Assembly (NCBI GenBank): GCA_964388265.1
Contig: CAYLXZ010000013.1
Span: forward strand, 1-19,292
DNA: 19,292 nucleotides
Origin: Candidatus Micrarchaeota archaeon
Lineage (GTDB): Archaea > B1Sed10-29
Reading direction: 5' to 3'
Part shown: one piece after another, positions 15,551 through 19,292 of the stretch
Position numbering within the stretch: the first letter of the stretch is position 1
How the letters are laid out: each line of letters begins with the position of its first letter
Program-made: the position numbers and the translations under genes
The notes under the pieces: generated by a model
The model's database searches: none
The model's input: only the letters and a program-made list of their open reading frames with translations
Told to the model about the DNA's origin: nothing

Positions 15551-16828
15551 TCAACCTACAAAGTATGGAAGTACATTTATCACGAGTAAGATAGTTACTC
15601 CTATGCTAAGAGAGTAAGATATTGCTTTACCTGTTTTGCTTGGGTTTATACCTATCTTTTCAGCGTATAATCCACCTATGTCTTCTATTATTCTTGCTCC
15701 GTCGAAGATGGCGAATGGAAGGTAGTTGATCACTCCGATCAGGAAGTTCAGGATAACTATCCAGTTTATTATCCCTATGAAGTATTCCTGAATCCAGTAC
15801 CATAGTCCTAGTGGTCCTTTTTGTTTTTCGTTGACGTTCACTCCAATCTGACCGTATTTATTCGCTGTGGCCTCTATCTTTCCTTTACTGGTGTCCAGTA
15901 ATATTTCTCCCTCTGGTTTAACTGAATATACTTCTTCCACGTTATAGATTTTTGTACCTGGCTCTATTTTTCCTTTGACGGATGAGCTTTCCATTACTTT
16001 TGTTACTTCTAGATGCTCTATGTTATCTAGGGATTGTTGCTGTAGGTTTGGAACCACGAACATGGATAAGGGGAGAAGTAGCGCCACTGCGAAGGTGAAG
16101 GCTGTTACTAGATTCATCATTGAACCGATTGAATATACTCTTGTTCTTTTTCTCCGGGTTGTTTCTTCTAGTTCTTCTTCATCTGGTTCGGTGAATGCTC
16201 CTATTGGGAATATTCCTAGTGTGACTAGGCCCACTGATTTGACTGCTATCTCTTCTGCTCTAGCGACTATTCCATGTCCCCATTCATGAACTATTAGAAG
16301 TAGTACTAAACCTATTATGGCGTATATTGGAACGTGTAGTGGTGAGCCAGGAACATCTACTCCTGGTATGACTGGAGCTACTCCTGGTAGGGCTGTTTGG
16401 TTTGCCAGTAGATTGGTTAGTATGTTGATTGATTGTTGTAGTAGTGCTAGGAATGCGAATCCTCCTAGCCCGGTTATCAGTGTTACTACTCCGGCTAGAG
16501 TTGAATCAACCATCATTGAAGGGATTACTATTAGGCCTAGAGAGGCTATGGAGAATAGGATGTAGTATAACACTGCTTTCTTGGTTTCTTTTTCCCTATC
16601 TAGCGCGATGAACCCTGCTCCTAGTAGTCCGAATGAGAATACTATTCCTAGGTCGGCTAGTGTGCTCCATAGTTTTTTCTTTTTTGATAGTTTTTCTATT
16701 GTCCCTAGGGTTCTCTTGGTTTTCCAGAGGCATAGTGGTCCTTGGATTTCTATGTTGAATTTTCTTTTGAATATTAGAGCGGGTACAGTGGCTAGTAGTA
16801 TTATCGCGATCATTATTGCTATTGACAT
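15551..16828 (-). CDS. Site-2 protease (M50 family), S2P-like with a short soluble insert
   Basis: HEWGH, PIGAFTEPDEE, GSMMN and NYLPFAIFDG motifs; multiple TM helices. Confidence 0.9.
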   Translation of the reverse strand: MSIAIMIAIILLATVPALIFKRKFNIEIQGPLCLWKTKRTLGTIEKLSKKKKLWSTLADLGIVFSFGLLGAGFIALDREKETKKAVLYYILFSIASLGLIVIPSMMVDSTLAGVVTLITGLGGFAFLALLQQSINILTNLLANQTALPGVAPVIPGVDVPGSPLHVPIYAIIGLVLLLIVHEWGHGIVARAEEIAVKSVGLVTLGIFPIGAFTEPDEEELEETTRRKRTRVYSIGSMMNLVTAFTFAVALLLPLSMFVVPNLQQQSLDNIEHLEVTKVMESSSVKGKIEPGTKIYNVEEVYSVKPEGEILLDTSKGKIEATANKYGQIGVNVNEKQKGPLGLWYWIQEYFIGIINWIVILNFLIGVINYLPFAIFDGARIIEDIGGLYAEKIGINPSKTGKAISYSLSIGVTILLVINVLPYFVG

Positions 16829-16832
16829 TGGT

Positions 16833-17306
16833 TTATTCCTCTTTTAGTTCTATTACATCGCCTATTGTAGCTTTCTTGGTTTTCTTTTTTCTTTTTTTGT
16901 TTACTTTGATGTTTTCTGGGTCTTTGAGCAGATTCACATCTAGTTTCTTTTCAAGTTTCCTGGTTATTTCTCGTGTTGGGGTCATTTTCCCTTTTTCTAT
17001 CTTCTTTATTCTGGATTCTGATTCTTTTATCTCGTTGGATAGTTCTTCTTGGGTCATTTCTTTGTTCTCTCTTGCTTTCTTTATCTTTGAAGTGTAATCT
17101 GGATCTATTTCTTTTTCTTTTTTCCTATGGGTCTTTTTCGGTTTTTTTCTCTTTTTCTTTTTCTTCTTTGTTTTTTTCTGTTTCTTTTCTTTCCTTATCG
17201 TTTTACCGTGGTTTCTGCATTCTGAACATGCTTTTACTTTGGAGTTTTCTAGTTTGGTTATCCATCTGTTTTCTGTTTCTTTTCCGCAGACTTCACATGT
17301 CTTCAT
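16833..17306 (-). CDS. mbf1: Archaeal multiprotein bridging factor 1 (Zn ribbon + HTH)
   Basis: CEVCG...CSEC zinc ribbon; IKKARENKEMTQEELS...IKKIEKGKMTP HTH; C-terminal TIGD. Confidence 0.88.
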   Translation of the reverse strand: MKTCEVCGKETENRWITKLENSKVKACSECRNHGKTIRKEKKQKKTKKKKKKRKKPKKTHRKKEKEIDPDYTSKIKKARENKEMTQEELSNEIKESESRIKKIEKGKMTPTREITRKLEKKLDVNLLKDPENIKVNKKRKKKTKKATIGDVIELKEE

Positions 17307-17754
17307 TTTGATCTTTGTTTATTTTTATTTCGAGGACTCCGTTTTTGTAGGTTTGTTTTTTTATTTCTTTTGCTTCTGTGGGTAGTGGTATTTCCTTCAT
17401 TGCTTTTGGTGTTTTTATCTGGAGTTTTCTCGGAGTTTTTAGCTTTGTTTTTAGGTCTTCTTTCTGTAGGTTCTGGATCTCTATCACGGCTATCATTTCG
17501 TTTTCTCTTTCTATTATTTCGGCGTTTCTTCTTTTTTGTCTTTTCCTTCTTTGTTGTGGGTTTACTGGTGTTCTCTGCGCTGGGTTGAATGAGAAGTTGA
17601 ATGTGATGTCTGTTGCTTGGTTCTGTGGGTTTTCTCTTCCTTCTGGAATGTCCATGTCTTCTTTCATCATTTTGTCTACGCTTTTCATCATTTCTTCTAT
17701 CATTCTTTTGAATGGGTCTTCTTCGTCTTTTTCATTGTTTTTTTGAGGGTTCAT
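17293..17754 (-). CDS. Hsp20/alpha-crystallin-like protein
   Basis: C-terminal IPLP...YKNGVLEIKI; DPF..MIEEMM N-terminus. ATG 17754 preferred because AGGTGA then acts as the SD. Confidence 0.72.
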   Translation of the reverse strand: MNPQKNNEKDEEDPFKRMIEEMMKSVDKMMKEDMDIPEGRENPQNQATDITFNFSFNPAQRTPVNPQQRRKRQKRRNAEIIERENEMIAVIEIQNLQKEDLKTKLKTPRKLQIKTPKAMKEIPLPTEAKEIKKQTYKNGVLEIKINKDQNEDM

Positions 17755-17819
17755 TTTTGTCACCTGGGTGTGTATCTTAACGGTTTTCCGGTTTTTAATG
17801 CTTCGTTGGCTTTTATTAC

Positions 17820-18719
17820 CTAGGTGTAATAATCTTTGATTCTTTCTTTTGGCATTATTAGCCTTTCGCTGTTTTCTATTTCTTTTCTGAATCTAGGTAG
17901 GTCTGGTTTTACTTCTATCTTGAATTTCTTTCCTTTGTTTCCTTTTATGTCTTTTTTATGTGTTTCTTCTCCTGTTAGGAACTGGTATTTGAATTTGAGT
18001 TGACCTTTCTTGATGTTTTTGATTTCTTTGACATCGTAGAGGAAGTTTTCGTCTTCTGACTCGATAACTAGGCTGGATCCTCCTTTGGCGAACTTGGCTT
18101 GTGGAAGTATCTCTTTTGTTATCTCTTCGCTCACTTCTTTGAGTGATGCTGGCTCTATGTTGGTGTAGGGGTATTTGAAGTTCTTCAGTCGTGCTTTGAT
18201 GAATAAATCTTGGTCTTCGAGAAGTTTATAGGTTTCTATGTCGAGATTCATGTCTTCCAGCGTTTTTCGGGTGCTTTTTAGTTTCTTTTTTTTCCTCAGG
18301 AGTTTTTTAACTGTTGTTTTGAGTGGGTAGATGTGGTTTTCTGGTAGTTTCATGGCTATTTTTCCTTTTTCTTGAAGTTTCTCCGTGGTTTGGGGTAGCT
18401 GGGTGATTGGTGAGGTTCTGAAGTCGATTACTATTGGGTATTTTTCTTTCTCCATCTCTAGGTTTCCTACTCGGTAGTAGGTGTCTGGTGTTCCGTTTTT
18501 AACTGTTTCTTTTTCTTTGGCTTCTTTGATTGCTTTTTCTTCGTTTTTTATCCGTGAGTCAGGTGGTATTATTGCTTGTGCTTTTATGTTTTTTCTTTTT
18601 TTCCTCATTTTCCCGGCTGTGTAGAGTGCGTGTAGTAGGGAGTCTTTTCCTAGGAATAGGATTTTCTCTTGGTCTTCTAGGTCTTTTTTTATTTCTTTGT
18701 AGAGTTTTTCTGGTTCCAT
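17820..18719 (-). CDS. Hypothetical Lys-rich protein (299 aa)
   Basis: Native A-rich coding pattern from MEPEKLY onward. The upstream in-frame extension is largely the antisense of the PRC-barrel gene. Confidence 0.7.
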   Translation of the reverse strand: MEPEKLYKEIKKDLEDQEKILFLGKDSLLHALYTAGKMRKKRKNIKAQAIIPPDSRIKNEEKAIKEAKEKETVKNGTPDTYYRVGNLEMEKEKYPIVIDFRTSPITQLPQTTEKLQEKGKIAMKLPENHIYPLKTTVKKLLRKKKKLKSTRKTLEDMNLDIETYKLLEDQDLFIKARLKNFKYPYTNIEPASLKEVSEEITKEILPQAKFAKGGSSLVIESEDENFLYDVKEIKNIKKGQLKFKYQFLTGEETHKKDIKGNKGKKFKIEVKPDLPRFRKEIENSERLIMPKERIKDYYT

Positions 18720-18804
18720 TTTGGTTCTTCTCGTGTTTTTGTTTGTTTTGCTTTTCCCGGTAATGTTTTTAAACCTTGGGTTATTTAGGTTTAGTGGTGA
18801 GAAG

Positions 18805-19041
18805 ATGAGTATTGAGATATCTGAAGTGTATGGAAAAGACATATACGATACGGAAGGAAAGTACATTGGAAAGGCTAATGACCTTATCCTGGATATTGAG
18901 GAAAGTAAAGCTGTTAGGATAACTACGGAGAAACTTAACGAACTTTCAAGCAAGCAAGAGCTTTCCAATACCCTGAAAGATAACAGTGTACTATATGATA
19001 GAGTCAAGTCAATATCTGACATCGTGTTAGTGGGTAAATAG
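18805..19041 (+). CDS. PRC-barrel domain protein (CdpB-like candidate)
   Basis: ISEVYGKDIYDTEGKYIGKANDLILD...V.YDRVKSISDIVLV; GGTGA SD at 18796-18800; 78 aa. Confidence 0.88.
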   Translation: MSIEISEVYGKDIYDTEGKYIGKANDLILDIEESKAVRITTEKLNELSSKQELSNTLKDNSVLYDRVKSISDIVLVGK

Positions 19042-19181
19042 AGAGGATAAGGGTTAAGTTAAATACCTTAAGTATTTCCTTTCCTTGGATAAGATTAGTT
19101 GGTTGTAGAGTTATTTTTAGTTCTAGTTTCGCTTGAGTTCCATAGGGATTGAAAGATAGAAAAAAGAAAAGAGAGTGTTTT

Positions 19182-19292
19182 TTACTTGATTTCTATGTTT
19201 GTCCCTTCTTTTGTTGGATGGGTTTTTGGTAGATTTACTTCTAGTACTCCGTTTTTGTATTCTGCTTGGGCTTTGGATGGTTTTACTTCTGC
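19182..19292 (-). CDS. hsp20: C-terminal fragment of an Hsp20 small heat-shock protein (gene starts beyond the window)
   Basis: AEVKPSKAQAEYKNGVLEVNLPKTHPTKEGTNIEIK*, with the A.Y.NGVL motif and terminal IxI motif. Confidence 0.85.
   Translation of the reverse strand, partial: AEVKPSKAQAEYKNGVLEVNLPKTHPTKEGTNIEIK

Noticed and set aside
3014..17823. Numerous Ser/Phe/Leu-rich ORFs antisense to called genes (e.g. 4937-5278, 6168-6521, 7304-7786, 11166-11570, 17378-17746)
   Set aside because: Antisense shadows of A-rich coding strands, with no recognisable motifs.
18720..19022. 101-aa N-terminal extension of ORF 17820-19022, and the upstream start at 18721 for the PRC-barrel ORF
   Set aside because: The first is largely antisense to the PRC-barrel gene. 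Starts at 18719 (-) and 18805 (+, with SD) give a clean divergent pair.
19042..19181. Small ORF or ncRNA between the PRC-barrel and hsp20 genes
   Set aside because: The ATG at 19143 (-) closes after 6 codons; only a weak AAATAC/GTATTT palindrome and terminator-like T tracts are present.

Overview
Archaeal chromosomal segment; compact genes, an A-rich coding strand and the gene set suggest a DPANN-type lineage (inference, not a placement). In order: the 3' part of a large Gly-rich membrane-anchored surface protein with an exact 885-nt-period repeat; a small Cys-rich protein; an operon of M50/CBS protease, ribose-1,5-bisphosphate isomerase, DUF1805 and AMP phosphorylase; RNA-free RNase P (HARP) divergent from a stand-alone 5S rRNA; a box C/D guide sRNA; a minus-strand run of fen, an HTH protein, a PIN protein, a 56-aa basic peptide and trmJ; a UPF0175/DUF3368 toxin-antitoxin-like pair; a DHH protein ending in a PCNA-binding (PIP)-like motif; tRNA-Ser(GCU); an ATPase-less Lon-type protease; a 272-nt SRP RNA; ftsZ; a second M50 protease; MBF1; two Hsp20-like genes; and a PRC-barrel gene. 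The most notable items are mostly absent from the ORF track: the C/D sRNA, whose U-rich guide predicts 2'-O-methylation of tRNA wobble C34; an SRP RNA that appears to lack helix 6 and has UGAC instead of the GNRA loop; the PIP-bearing DHH protein near FEN1; and fen flanked by two HTH+PIN pairs. No CRISPR array, integrase or transposase was seen. All calls are by eye, without database searches.
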